This document shows positions 1 through 16,400 of a stretch of 64,000 nt of DNA, piece by piece (position 1 is the first letter of the stretch; each line of letters starts with the position of its first letter). Location of the stretch: assembly GCA_030390025.1 (NCBI GenBank), contig JASTWF010000036.1, positions 2,792,001 through 2,856,000 on the forward strand. Reading direction: 5' to 3'. The notes under the pieces are model-generated. The model was not told the origin of the DNA and searched no databases. It saw nothing but the letters and a program-made list of their open reading frames with translations. The position numbers and the translations under genes were made by a program. Source of the DNA: Squalus acanthias (lineage: Eukaryota).

Positions 1-1479
1 CCACTCTGAGCCAGAAGGTTGGGCCTGGAAAGATGAAGCCAATCCTAGAGAGGGTCGAGCACGAGCTGGCAGCGGCACGCAGTAATTTTTCTGAAGCCAG
101 GAGAAGTTTGGGGCCTTTTCTTGAACAGCTACCAGTAGTCCCTTTATGGACTGATGGTTAGGCCGCTCAATGCCTGGTACAAATGGACAGAGCGTGTGCG
201 GCGGCATGCTCCGCCCATTCGTACCTGAAGATTGCAAACGGAGTCCTACAACTGGCATAGAGCCCGGATTTAAGCTGCCTCCTGCCCAAAACTGAGCATA
301 CTACTCGCCCATTTATAGGCCCGTCTGAAAACTGCATCAGGTGGGTCTTGGGCATCACTGGGGTGCCGCTCTCTAATTTTCAACTGCTGGCTGCCTGTTT
401 TTCAGATGAGAAGGGGGCGGCCGGCTATTGAAAATTTCCTTCATTGTCTCTAGGTGTTCCAGAACTTTCCCAGAGACCAGGCACTCTGACTCCTGCTTCA
501 TTGTCTTCCTCCTCCCCTCCTCAAACCTTTTGTGAAGAGCAGCGAGACATTCCATTGTGATTTCCAGTAACCCCTCGTGTCTGACATGGTCTGAACTGAA
601 ACACCACAACAAATCAGATACACATCATACATTTTGTCCTATTCCAGCCTTTGTGGTACCAAGATTGCTGGAGCAGCATTTCAGAACTAAATAACATCCA
701 CAGATTTCAGCTACTCATGGTCATTCCACAAAACAAACTTTAGCTTCTTAAAGTCTCTCAAATTTCACTTCTGATATACCGCATCACAAACAGACTGAGA
801 TCTGATTGTCAGTGGCAGAGAGCTTCAAGATAACGTCCCATGGGTTGTTACAGCTGGAGCAGAAAATGGCAGGGAAAACCTTTTTGCTGGCTGCCCACCA
901 CTCCTCGCCACTTCCAGTATTTCTCGCCGGAAGTGACATCGGGTGTTCAATATGTCCACCCAAATATGAACAGGCATATAGAAATAATGTGCAAGTGATG
1001 GGAGTACATCAGACAACGTATTTACCATCATTTGCGCCAAAATGTAACGTCTCCACTGCATTTTACACCGTGTCGCCCAAGAGTCAAGCACTAAAGTTTC
1101 AAAGCTTACTCACATGACTTTATTGGGATGTCAATTTCCTTCCTCTTTAAAATCCCATTTTTATTTTAGTAAAACCTAACAAAAACCTGGATCACACACC
1201 AGTAAAGAATTACTCGACACTCGACAGACACTTGTTCCCACTTGAATGAGAACCTGAAATGATTGCTCAAAGCAAGTCTTTGGGGATTTATTTCTTCCAT
1301 TTCTCTCTCACACTGATGGATTTGCGCTGCTACACAGGAATAACTCTTTACAGCTCTCTATTCACTTGCTGACATTGTCTCTGCTGATTTCCTCCCCATC
1401 GTATTTACTATTTCTTGAAGTCTCAGAGCATATGCAGCAAATGGGGATCAGTGGTTTTCACATTATTCTGCGTAACGAC

Positions 1480-4400
1480 AAATACTGACACACTCCCAGA
1501 GACCCCCGTAAATATTGACACACTCCCAGAGAACCCCCTGTAAATACTGACACACTCCCGAGGACCCCCTGTAAATACTGACACATGCCCAGGGACCCCC
1601 TGTAAATACCGACACACTCCTGGGGACCCCCTGTAAATACTGACACACTCCCGGGGACCCCCTGTAAATACTGACACACTCCCGGGGACCCCCTGTAAAT
1701 ACTGACACACTCCCGGGACCCCCTGTACATACTGACACACTCCCGGGGACCCCCTGTGAATACTGACACACTCCCGGGGACACACTGTTAAAACTGGCAC
1801 ACTCCCGGGGACCCCCTGTAAATACTGACACACTCCCGGGGACCCCCTGTAAATACGGACACACTCCCGGGGACCCCCTGTAAATACTGACACACTCCCG
1901 GGGACTCCCTGCAAATACTGACACACTCCCCGGGACCCCCTGTACATACTGACACTCTCCCCGGGACACCCTGTAAATACTGACACACTCCCGGGGACCC
2001 CCTGTAAATACTGAAACTCTCCCGGGGACCCACTGTAAATATTGACACACTCCCGGGGACCCCCTGTAAATACTGACACACTCCCAGAGAACCCCCTGTA
2101 AATACTGACACACTCCCGGGGACCCCCTGTAAATACTGACACTCACCTGGGGACCCCCTGTAAATACTGACACACTCCCGGGGACCCCCTGTAAATACTG
2201 ACACACTCCCGGGGACCCCCAGTAAATACTGACACCCTCCTGGGCACCCCCTGTAAATACTGACACACTCCTGGGGACCCCCTGTAAATACCGACACCCT
2301 CCTGGGGACCCCCTGTAAATACCGACACACTCCCGGGGACCCCCTGTAAATACTGACACACTCCCGGGGACCCCCTGTAAATACTGACACACTCCCCGGG
2401 ACCCCCTGTAAATACTGACACACTCCCGGGGACCCCCTGTAAATACTGACACACTCCCGGGGACGCCCTGTAAATACTGACACACTCCCAGAGACCCCAC
2501 TGAAAATACTGACACACTCCCGGGGGCCCCCTGTAAATACTGACACACTCCCGGGGATCCCCTGTAAATACTGACACACTCCCGGGGACCCCCTGTAAAT
2601 ACTGACACTCTCCCGGGGAACCACTGTAAATACTGACTCTCCCGGGGACCCACTGTAAATATTGACACACTCCCGGGGACCCCCTGTAAATACTGACACA
2701 CTCCCGGGGACCCCCTGTAAATACTGACACACTCCCGGGGACCCCCTGTAAATACTGACACTCTCCCGGGGACACACTGTAAATATTGACACACTCCCGG
2801 GGACCCCCTGTAAATACTGACACACTCCCGGGGACCCCCTGTAAATACTGACACACTCCCAGAGAACCCCCTGTAAATACCGACACACTCCCGAGGAACC
2901 CCTGTAAATACTGACACATGCCCGGGGACCCCCTGTACATACAAACACTCCTGGGGACCCCCTGTAAATACTGACACTCTACTGGGGACCCACTGTAAAT
3001 ATTGACACACTCCCGGGGACCCACTGTAAATACTGACACACTCCCGGGGACCCGCTGTAAATACTGACACACTCCCCGGGACCCACTGTAAATACTGACA
3101 CACTCCCGGGTACCCCCTGTAACGACTGACACACTCCCGGGGACCCCCTGTAAATACTGACACACTAACGGGGACCCCCGGTAAATACTGACACACGCCC
3201 AGGGACCCCCTGTAAATACTGACACACTCCCAGGGACCTCCTGTAAATACTGACACACTCCCCGGGACCCCCTGTAAATACTGACACACTCCCGGGGACC
3301 CCCTGTAAATACTGACACACTCCCGGGGACGCCCTGTAAATACTGACACACTCCCAGAGACCCCCCTGAAAATACTGACACACTCCCGGGGGCCCCCTGT
3401 AAATACTGACACACTCCCGGGGATCCCCTGTAAATACTGACACACTCCCGGGGACCCCCTGTAAATACTGACACTCTCCCGGGGACCCACTGTAAATACT
3501 GACTCTCCCGGGGACCCACTGTAAATATTGACACACTCCCGGGGACCCACTGTAAATATTGACACACTCCCGGGGACGCCCTGTAAATACTGACACCCTC
3601 CCGGGGACCCCCTGTGAATACTCACACAGTCCCGGGACCACCTGTAAATACTGACACTCTCCCGGGGACGCCCTGTAAATACTGACACACTCCCAGAGAC
3701 CCCACTGAAAATACTGACACACTCCCGGGGACCCCCTGTAAATACCGACACCCTCCTGGGGACCCCCTGTAAATACCGACACCCTCCTGGGCACCCCCTG
3801 TAAATACTGACACACTCCTGGGGACCCCCTGTAAATACCGACACCCTCCTGGGGACCCCCTGTAAATACCGACACACTCCCGGGGACCCCCTGTAAATAC
3901 TGACACACTCCCGGGGACCCCCTGTAAATACTGACACACTCCCCGGGACCCCCTGTAAATACTGACACACTCCCGGGGACCCCCTGTAAATACTGACACA
4001 CTCCCGGGGACGCCCTGTAAATACTGACACACTCCCAGAGACCCCACTGAAAATACTGACACACTCCCGGGGGCCCCCTGTAAATACTGACACACTCCCG
4101 GGGATCCCCTGTAAATACTGACACACTCCCGGGGACCCCCTGTAAATACTGACACTCTTCCGGGGACCCACTGTAAATACTGACTCTCCCGGGGACCCAC
4201 TGTAAATATTGACACACTCCCGGGGACCCCCTGTAAATACTGACACACTCCCGGGGACCCCCTGTAAATACTGACACACTCCCGGGGACCCCCTGTAAAT
4301 ACTGACACTCTCCCGGGGACACACTGTAAATATTGACACACTCCCGGGGACCCCCTGTAAATACTGACACACTCCCGGGGACCCCCTGTAAATACTGACA

Positions 4401-7400
4401 CACTCCCAGAGAACCCCCTGTAAATACCGACACACTCCCGAGGAACCCCTGTAAATACTGACACATGCCCGGGGACCCCCTGTACATACAAACACTCCTG
4501 GGGACCCCCTGTAAATACTGACACTCTACTGGGGACCCACTGTAAATATTGACACACTCCCGGGGACCCACTGTAAATACTGACACACTCCCGGGGACCC
4601 GCTGTAAATACTGACACACTCCCCGGGACCCACTGTAAATACTGACACACTCCCGGGTACCCCCTGTAACGACTGACACACTCCCGGGGACCCCCTGTAA
4701 ATACTGACACACTAACGGGGACCCCCTGTAAATACTGACACACGCCCAGGGACCCCCTGTAAATACTGACACACTCCCAGGGACCCCCTGTAAATACTGA
4801 CACTCACCTGGGGACCCACTGTAAATATTGACACACTCCCGGGGACCCCCTGTAAATACTGACACACTCCCGGGGACCCCCTGTAAATACTGACACACTC
4901 CCCGGGACCCCCTGTAAATACTGACACACTCCCGGGGACCCCCTGTAAATACTGACACACTCCCGGGGATCCCCTGTAAATACTGACACACTCCCGGGGA
5001 CCCCCTGTAAATACTGACACTCTCCCGGGGACCCACTGTAAATACTGACTCTCCCGGGGACCCACTGTAAATATTGACACACTCCCGGGGACCCCCTGTA
5101 AATACTTACACACTCCCGGGGACCCCCTGTAAATACCGACACACTCCCGAGGACCCCCTGTAAATACTGACACATGCCCGGGGACCCCCTGTAAATACTG
5201 ACACACTCCCGGGGACCCCCTGTAAATACTGACACTCTCCCGGAGAACCCCCTGTAAATACCGACACACTCCCGAGGACCCCCTGTAAATACTGACACAT
5301 GCCCGGGGACCCCCTGTACATACTAACACTCCCAGGGACCCCCTGTAAATACTGACACTCTCCTGGGGACCCACTGTAAATATTGACACACTCCCGGGGA
5401 CCCCCTGTAAATACTGACACACTCCCGGGGACCCCCTGTAAATACTGACACACTCCCAGAGAACCCCCTGTAAATACCGACACACTCCCGAGGACCCCCT
5501 GTAAATACTGACACATGCCCGGGGACCCCCTGTACATACTAACACTCCCAGGGACCCCCTGTAAATACCGACACCCTCCTGGGGACCCCCTGTAAATACC
5601 GACACACTCCTGGGGTCCCCCTGTAAATACTGACACACTCCCGGGGACCCCCTGTAAATACTGACACACTCCCCGGGACCCCCTGTAAATACTGACACAC
5701 TCCCGGGGACCCCCTGTAAATACTGACACACTCCCGGGGACCCCCTGTAAATACTGACACACTCCCGGGGACGCCCTGTAAATACTGACACACTCCCAGA
5801 GACCCCCCTGAAAATACTGACACACTCCCGGGGGCCCCCTGTAAATACTGACACACTCCCGGGGATCCCCTGTAAATACTGACACACTCCCGGGGTCGTC
5901 CTGTAAATACTGACACACTCCCAGAGACCCCCCTGTAAATACTGACACACTCCCGAGGACCCCCTGTAAATACTGACACATGCCCAGGGACCCCCTGTAA
6001 ATACCGACACACTCCTGGGGACCCCCTGTAAATACTGACACACTCCCGGGGACCCCCTGTAAATACTGACACACTCCCGGGGACCCCCTGTAAATACTGA
6101 CACACTCCCGGGACCCCCTGTACATACTGACACACTCCCGGGGACCCCCTGTGAATACTGACACACTCCCGGGGACCCCCTGTAAATACTGACACACTCC
6201 CGGGGACGCCCTGTAAATACTGACACACTCCCAGAGACCCCACTGAAAATACTGACACACTCCCGGGGGCCCCCTGTAAATACTGACACACTCCCGGGGA
6301 TCCCCTGTAAATACTGACACACTCCCGGGGACCCCCTGTAAATACTGACACTCTTCCGGGGACCCACTGTAAATACTGACTCTCCCGGGGACCCACTGTA
6401 AATATTGACACACTCCCGGGGACCCCCTGTAAATACTGACACACTCCCGGGGACCCCCTGTAAATACTGACACACTCCCGGGGACCCCCTGTAAATACTG
6501 ACACTCTCCCGGGGACACACTGTAAATATTGACACACTCCCGGGGACCCCCTGTAAATACTGACACACTCCCGGGGACCCCCTGTAAATACTGACACACT
6601 CCCGGGGACCCCCTGTAAATACTGACACACTCCCGGGGACCCCCTCTAAATACTGACACACTCCCAGAGAACCCCCTGTAAATACCGACACACTCCCGAG
6701 GAACCCCTGTAAATACTGACACATGCCCGGGGACCCCCTGTACATACAAACACTCCTGGGGACCCCCTGTAAATACTGACACTCTACTGGGGACCCACTG
6801 TAAATATTGACACACTCCCGGGGACCCACTGTAAATACTGACACACTCCCGGGGACCCGCTGTAAATACTGACACACTCCCCGGGACCCACTGTAAATAC
6901 TGACACACTCCCGGGTACCCCCTGTAACGACTGACACACTCCCGGGGACCCCCTGTAAATACTGACACACTAACGGGGACCCCCTGTAAATACTGACACA
7001 CGCCCAGGGACCCCCTGTAAATACTGACACACTCCCAGGGACCCCCTGTAAATACTGACACTCACCTGGGGACCCACTGTAAATATTGACACACTCCCGG
7101 GGACCCCCTGTAAATACTGACACACTCCCGGGGACCCCCTGTAAATACTGACACACTCCCCGGGACCCCCTGTAAATACTGACACACTCCCGGGGACCCC
7201 CTGTAAATACTGACACACTCCCGGGGATCCCCTGTAAATACTGACACACTCCCGGGGACCCCCTGTAAATACTGACACTCTCCCGGGGACCCACTGTAAA
7301 TACTGACTCTCCCGGGGACCCACTGTAAATATTGACACACTCCCGGGGACCCCCTGTAAATACTTACACACTCCCGGGGACCCCCTGTAAATACCGACAC

Positions 7401-10400
7401 ACTCCCGAGGACCCCCTGTAAATACTGACACATGCCCGGGGACCCCCTGTAAATACTGACACACTCCCGGGGACCCCCTGTAAATACTGACACTCTCCCG
7501 GGGACACACTGTAAATATTGACACACTCCCGGAGAACCCCCTGTAAATACCGACACACTCCCGAGGTCCCCCTGTAAATACTGACACATGCCCGGGGACC
7601 CCCTGTACATACTAACACTCCCAGGGACCCCCTGTAAATACTGACACTCTCCTGGGAACCCACTGTAAATATTGACACACTCCCGGGGACCCCCTGTAAA
7701 TACTGACACACTCCCGGGGACCCCCTGTAAATACTGACACACTCCCAGAGAACCCCCTGTAAATACCGACACACTCCCGAGGACCCCCTGTAAATACTGA
7801 CACATGCCCGGGGACCCCCTGTACATACTAACACTCCCAGGGACCCCCTGTAAATACCGACACCCTCCTGGGGACCCCCTGTAAATACCGACACACTCCT
7901 GGGGTCCCCCTGTAAATACTGACACACTCCCGGGGACCCCCTGTAAATACTGACACACTCCCCGGGACCCCTTGTAAATACTGACACACTCCCGGGGACC
8001 CCCTGTAAATACTGACACACTCCCGGGGACCCCCTGTAAATACTGACACACTCCCGGGGACGCCCTGTAAATACTGACACACTCCCAGAGACCCCCTGTA
8101 AATACTGACACACTCCCGGGGGCCCCCTGTAAATACTGACACACTCCCGGGGATCCCCTGTAAATACTGACACACTCCCGGGGTCGTCCTGTAAATACTG
8201 ACACACTCCCAGAGACCCCCCTGTAAATACTGACACACTCCCGAGGACCCCCTGTAAATACTGACACATGCCCAGGGACCCCCTGTAAATACCGACACAC
8301 TCCTGGGGACCCCCTGTAAATACTGACACACTCCCGGGGACCCCCTGTAAATACTGACACACTCCCGGGGACCCCCTGTAAATACTGACACACTCCCGGG
8401 ACCCCCTGTACATACTGACACACTCCCGGGGACCCCCTGTGAATACTGACACACTCCCGGGGACCCCCTGTAAATACTGACACACTCCCGGGGACGCCCT
8501 GTAAATACTGACACACTCCCAGAGACCCCACTGAAAATACTGACACACTCCCGGGGGCCCCCTGTAAATACTGACACACTCCCGGGGATCCCCTGTAAAT
8601 ACTGACACACTCCCGGGGACCCCCTGTAAATACTGACACTCTTCCGGGGACCCACTGTAAATACTGACACACTCCCGGGGACCCCCTGTGAATACTGACA
8701 CACTCCCGGGGACACACTGTTAAAACTGGCACACTCCCGGGGACCCCCTGTAAATACTGACACACTCCCGGGGACCCCCTGTAAATACGGACACACTCCC
8801 GGGGACCCCCTGTAAATACTGACACACTCCCGGGGACTCCCTGTAAATACTGACACACTCCCGGGACCCCCTGTAAATACTGACACACTCCCGGGACACC
8901 CTGTAAATACTGACACACTCCCGGGGACCCCCTGTAAATACTGACACACTCCCGGGGACCCCCTGTAAATACTGACACACTCCCGGGGACCCCCTGTAAA
9001 TACTGACACACTCCCAGGGACCCCCTGTAAATACTGACACACTCCCGGGGACCCCCTGTAAATACTGACACACTCCCTGGGGACCCCCTGTAAATACTGA
9101 CACACTCCCGGGGACCCCCTGTAAATACTGACACACTCCCGGGGACCCCCTGTAAATACTGACACACTCCTGGGACCCCCTGTAAATACTGACACACTCC
9201 TGGGGACCCCCTGTAAATACTGACACACTCCCGGGGACCCCCTGTAAATACTGACACACTCCCGGGGACCCCCTGTAAATACTGACACACTCCCGGGGAC
9301 CCCTGTAAATACTGACACACTCCCGGGACCCCCTGTAAATACTGACACACTCCCGGGGACCCCCTGTAAATACTGACACACTCCCGGGGACGCCCTGTAA
9401 ATACTGACACACTCCCAGAGACCCCACTGAAAATACTGACACACTCCCGGGGGCCCCCTGTAAATACTGACACACTCCCGGGGATCCCCTGTAAATACTG
9501 ACACACTCCCGGGGACCCCCTGTAAATACTGACACTCTCCCGGGGACCCACTGTAAATACTGACTCTCCCGGGGACCCACTGTAAATATTGACACACTCC
9601 CGGGGACCCCCTGTAAATACTGACACACTCCCGGGGACCCCCTGTAAATACTGACACACTCCCGGGGACCCCCTGTAAATACTGACACTCTCCCGGGGAC
9701 ACACTGTAAATATTGACACACTCCCGGGGACCCCCTGTAAATACTGACACACTCCCGGGGACCCCCTGTAAATACTGACACACTCCCAGAGAACCCCCTG
9801 TAAATACCGACACACTCCCGAGGAACCCCTGTAAATACTGACACATGCCCGGGGACCCCCTGTACATACAAACACTCCTGGGGACCCCCTGTAAATACTG
9901 ACACTCTACTGGGGACCCACTGTAAATATTGACACACTCCCGGGGACCCACTGTAAATACTGACACAATCCCGGGGACCCGCTGTAAATACTGACACACT
10001 CCCCGGGACCCACTGTAAATACTGACACACTCCCGGGTACCCCCTGTAACGACTGACACACTCCCGGGGACCCCCTGTAAATACTGACACACTAACGGGG
10101 ACCCCCGGTAAATACTGACACACGCCCAGGGACCCCCTGTAAATACTGACACACTCCCAGGGACCTCCTGTAAATACTGACACACTCCCCGGGACCCCCT
10201 GTAAATACTGACACACTCCCGGGGACCCCCTGTAAATACTGACACACTCCCGGGGACGCCCTGTAAATACTGACACACTCCCAGAGACCCCCCTGAAAAT
10301 ACTGACACACTCCCGGGGGCCCCCTGTAAATACTGACACACTCCCGGGGATCCCCTGTAAATACTGACACACTCCCGGGGACCCCCTGTAAATACTGACA

Positions 10401-13400
10401 CTCTCCCGGGGACCCACTGTAAATACTGACTCTCCCGGGGACCCACTGTAAATATTGACACACTCCCGGGGACCCACTGTAAATATTGACACACTCCCGG
10501 GGACGCCCTGTAAATACTGACACCCTCCCGGGGACCCCCTGTGAATACTCACACAGTCCCGGGACCACCTGTAAATACTGACACTCTCCCGGGGACGCCC
10601 TGTAAATACTGACACACTCCCAGAGACCCCACTGAAAATACTGACACACTCCCGGGGACCCCCTGTAAATACCGACACCCTCCTGGGGACCCCCTGTAAA
10701 TACCGACACCCTCCTGGGCACCCCCTGTAAATACTGACACACTCCTGGGGACCCCCTGTAAATACCGACACCCTCCTGGGGACCCCCTGTAAATACCGAC
10801 ACACTCCCGGGGACCCCCTGTAAATACTGACACACTCCCGGGGACCCCCTGTAAATACTGACACACTCCCCGGGACCCCCTGTAAATACTGACACACTCC
10901 CGGGGACCCCCTGTAAATACTGACACACTCCCGGGGACGCCCTGTAAATACTGACACACTCCAGAGACCCCACTGAAAATACTGACACACTCCCGGGGGC
11001 CCCCTGTAAATACTGACACACTCCCGGGGATCCCCTGTAAATACTGACACACTCCCGGGGACCCCCTGTAAATACTGACACTCTCCCGGGGACCCTCTGT
11101 AAATACTGACTCTCCCGGGGACCCACTGTAAATATTGACACACTCCCGGGGACCCCCTGTAAATACTGACACACTCCCGGGGACCCCCTGTAAATACTGA
11201 CACACTCCCGGGGACCCCCTGTAAATACTGACACTCTCCCGGGGACACACTGTAAATATTGACACACTCCCGGGGACCCCCTGTAAATACTGACACACTC
11301 CCGGGGACCCCCTGTAAATACTGACACACTCCCAGAGAACCCCCTGTAAATACCGACACACTCCCGAGGAACCCCTGTAAATACTGACACATGCCCGGGG
11401 ACCCCCTGTACATACAAACACTCCTGGGGACCCCCTGTAAATACTGACACTCTACTGGGGACCCACTGTAAATATTGACACACTCCCGGGGACCCACTGT
11501 AAATACTGACACACTCCCGGGGACCCGCTGTAAATACTGAAACTCTCCCGGGGACCCACTGCAAATATTGACACACTCCCGGGGACCCCCTGTAAATACT
11601 GACACACTCCCAGAGAACCCCCTGTAAATACTGACACACTCCCGGGGACCCCCTGTAAATACTGACACTCACCTGGGGACCCCCTGTAAATACTGACACA
11701 CTCCCGGGGACCCCCTGTAAATACTGACACACTCCCGGGGACCCCCAGTAAATACTGACACCCTCCTGGGCACCCCCTGTAAATACTGACACACTCCTGG
11801 GGACCCCCTGTAAATACCGACACCCTCCTGGGGACCCCCTGTAAATACCGACACACTCCCGGGGACCCCCTGTAAATACTGACACACTCCCGGGGACCCC
11901 CTGTAAATACTGACACACTCCCCGGGACCCCCTGTAAATACTGACACACTCCCGGGGACCCCCTGTAAATACTGACACACTCCCGGGGACGCCCTGTAAA
12001 TACTGACACACTCCCAGAGACCCCACTGAAAATACTGACACACTCCCGGGGGCCCCCTGTAAATACTGACACACTCCCGGGGATCCCCTGTAAATACTGA
12101 CACACTCCCGGGGACCCCCTGTAAATACTGACACTCTCCCGGGGACCCACTGTAAATACTGACTCTCCCGGGGACCCACTGTAAATATTGACACACTCCC
12201 GGGGACCCCCTGTAAATACTGACACACTCCCGGGGACCCCCTGTAAATACTGACACACTCCCGGGGACCCCCTGTAAATACTGACACTCTCCCGGGGACA
12301 CACTGTAAATATTGACACACTCCCGGGGACTCCCTGTAAATACTGACACACTCCCGGGGACCCCCTGTAAATACTGACACACTCCCAGAGAACCCCCTGT
12401 AAATACCGACACACTCCCGAGGAACCCCTGTAAATACTGACACATGCCCGGGGACCCCCTGTACATACAAACACTCCTGGGGACCCCCTGTAAATACTGA
12501 CACTCTACTGGGGACCCACTGTAAATATTGACACACTCCCGGGGACCCACTGTAAATACTGACACAATCCCGGGGACCCGCTGTAAATACTGACACACTC
12601 CCCGGGACCCACTGTAAATACTGACACACTCCCGGGTACCCCCTGTAACGACTGACACACTCCCGGGGACCCCCTGTAAATACTGACACACTAACGGGGA
12701 CCCCCGGTAAATACTGACACACGCCCAGGGACCCCCTGTAAATACTGACACACTCCCAGGGACCTCCTGTAAATACTGACACACTCCCGGGACCCCCTGT
12801 AAATACTGACACACTCCCGGGGACCCCCTGTAAATACTGACACACTCCCGGGGACGCCCTGTAAATACTGACACACTCCCGGGACCCCCTGTAAATACTG
12901 ACACACTCCCGGGGACCCCCTGTAAATACTGACACACTCCCGGGGACCCCTGTAAATACTGACACACTCCCGGGGACCCCCTGTAAATACTGACACACTC
13001 CCGGGGACCCCCTGTAAATACTGACACACTCCCGGGGACCCCCTGTAAATACTGACACACTCCCGGGGACCCCCTGTAAATACTGACACACTCCCGGGGA
13101 CCCCTGTAAATACTGACACACTCCCGGGGACCCCCTGTAAATACTGACACACTCCCGGGGACCCCCTGTAAATACTGACACACTCCCGGGGACCCCTGTA
13201 AATACTGACACACTCCCGGGGACCCCCTGTAAATACTGACACACTCCCGGGGACCCCCTGTAAATACTGACACACTCCCGGGGACCCCCTGTAAATACTG
13301 ACACACTCCGGGGACCCCCTGTAAATACTGACACACTCCTGGGGACCCCCTGTAAATACTGACACCCTCCTGGGGACCCCCTGTAAATACTGACACACTC

Positions 13401-16400
13401 CCGGGGACCCCTGTAAATACTGACACACTCCCGGGGACCCCCTGTAAATACTGACACACTCCCGGGACCCCCTGTAAATACTGACACACTCCCGGGGACC
13501 CCCTGTAAATACTGACACACTCCCGGGGACGCCCTGTAAATACTGACACACTCCCAGAGACCCCCTGTAAATACTGACACACTCCCGGGGACCCCCTGTA
13601 AATACTGACACACTCCCGGGGATCCCCTGTAAATACTGACACACTCCCGGGGACCCCCTGTAAATACTGACACTCTCCCGGGGACCCTCTGTAAATACTG
13701 ACACTCCCGGGGACCCACTGTAAATACTGACACACTCCCGGGGACCCCCTGTAAATACTGACACACTCCCGGGGACCCCCTGTAAATACTGACACACTCC
13801 CGGGGACCCCCTGTAAATACTGACACACTCCCGGGGACCACTGTAAATACTGACACACTCCCGGGGACCCCCTGTAAATACTGACACACTCCCGGGACCC
13901 CCTGTAAATACTGACACACTCCCGGGAACCCCCTGTAAATACTGACACACTCCCGGGACCCCTGTAAATACTGACACACTCCCGGGGACCCCCTGTAAAT
14001 ACTGACACACTCCCGGGGACCCCTGTAAATACTGACACTCTCCCGGGGACCCCTGTAAATATTGACACACTCCCGGGGACCCCCTGTAAATACTGACACA
14101 CTCCCGGGGACCCCCTGTAAATACTGACACACTCCCCGGGACCCCTGTAAATACTGACACACTCCCGGGGACCCCCTGTAAATACTGACACACTCCCGGG
14201 GACCCCCTGTAAATACTGACACACTACCGGGACCCCCTGTAAATACTGACACACTCCCGGGACCCCCTGTAAATACTGACACACTCCCGGGGACCCCCTG
14301 TAAATACTGACACACTCCCGGGGACCCACTGTAAATACTGACACACTCCCGGGGACCCCCTGTAAATACTGACACACTCCCGGGGACCCCCTGTAAATAC
14401 TGACACACTCCCGGGACCCCCTGTAAATACTGACACACTCCCGGGGACCCCCTGTAAATACTGACACACTCCCAGAGACCCCCTGAAAATACTGACACAC
14501 TCCCGGGGACCCCCTGTAAATACTGACACTCCCGGGGACCCACTGTAAATACTGACACACTCCCGGGGACCCCCTGTAAATACTGACACACTCCCGGGGA
14601 CACACTGTAAATATTGACACACTCCCGGGGACCCCCTGTAAATACTGACACACTCCCGGGGACCCCCTGTCAATACTGACACACTCCCAGAGAACCCCCT
14701 GTAAATACCGACACACTCCCGAGGAGCCCCTGTAAATACTGACACATGCCCGGGACCCCCTGTACATACTAACACTCCCGGGGACCCCCTGTAAATACTG
14801 ACACTCTCCTGGGGACCCACTGTAAATACTGACACACTCCCGGGGACCCCCTGTAAATACTGACACACTCCCGGGGACCCCCTGTAAATACTGACACACT
14901 CCCGGGACCCCCTGTAAATACTGACACACTCCCGGGACCCCCTGTAAATACTGACACACTCCCGGGGACCCCTGTAAATACTGACACACTCCCGGGGACC
15001 CCCTGTAAATACTGACACACTCCCAGGGACCCCCTGTAAATACTGACACACTCCCGGGGACCCCCTGTAAATACTGACACACTCCCGGGGACCCCCTGTA
15101 AATACTGACACACTCCCGGGACCCCCTGTAAATACTGACACACTCCCGGGGACCCCCTGTAAATACTGACACACTCCCGGGGACCCCCTGTAAATACTGA
15201 CACACTCCCGGGGACCCCCTGTAAATACTGACACACTCCCGGGGACCCCCTGTAAATACTGACACACTCCCGAGACCCCCTGTAAATACTGACACACTCC
15301 CGGGACCCCCTGTAAATACTGACACACTCCCGGGGACCCCCTGTAAATACTGACACACTCCCGGGGACCCCCTGTAAATACTGACACACTCCCGGGGACC
15401 CCTGTAAATACTGACACACTCCCGGGGACCCCTGTAAATACTGACACACTCCCGGGGACCCCCTGTAAATACTGACACACTCCCGGGGACCCCCTGTAAA
15501 TACTGACACACTCCCGGGGACCCCCTGTAAATACTGACACACTCCCGGGGACCCCCTGTAAATACTGACACACTCCCGGGGACCCCCTGTAAATACTGAC
15601 ACACTCCCGGGGACCCCCTGTAAATACTGACACACTCCGGGGACCCCTGTAAATACTGACACACTCCCGGGGACCCCCTGTAAATACTGACACACTCCCG
15701 GGGACCCCCTGTAAATACTGACACACTCCCGGGGACACCCTGTAAATACTGACACACTCCCGGGGACCCCTGTAAATACTGACACACTCCCGGGGACCCC
15801 CTGTAAATACTGACACATGCCCGGGGACCCCCTGTACATACTAACACTCCCGGGGACCCCCTGTAAATACTGACACTCTCCTGGGGACCCACTGTAAATA
15901 TTGACACACTCCCGGGGACCCCCTGTAAATACTGGCACACTCCCGGGGACCCCCTGTAAATACTGACACACTCCCCGGGACCCCCTGTAAATACTGACAC
16001 ACGCCCGGGGACCCCCTGTAAATACTGACACACTCCCGGGGACGCCCTGTAAATACTGACACACTCCCAGAGACTCCCCTGTAAATACTGACACACTCCC
16101 GGGGACCCCCTGTAAATACTGACACACTCCCGGGGACCCCCTGTAAATACTGACACTCTCCCGGGGACACACTGTAAATAATGACACACTCCCGGGGACC
16201 CCCTGTAAATACTGACACACTCCCGGGGACCCCCTGTAAATACTGACACACTCCCAGAGAACCCCCTGTAAATACCGACACACTCCCGAGGACCCCCTGT
16301 AAATACTGACACATGCCCGGGGACCCCCTGTAAATACTGACACACTCCCAGGGACCCCCTGTAAATACTGACACACTCCCGGGGACCCCCTGTAAATACT

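Noticed and set aside
373..612. 79-aa minus-strand ORF as an exon
   Set aside because: No recognisable domain or convincing splice pair, and it runs into MITE-like sequence.
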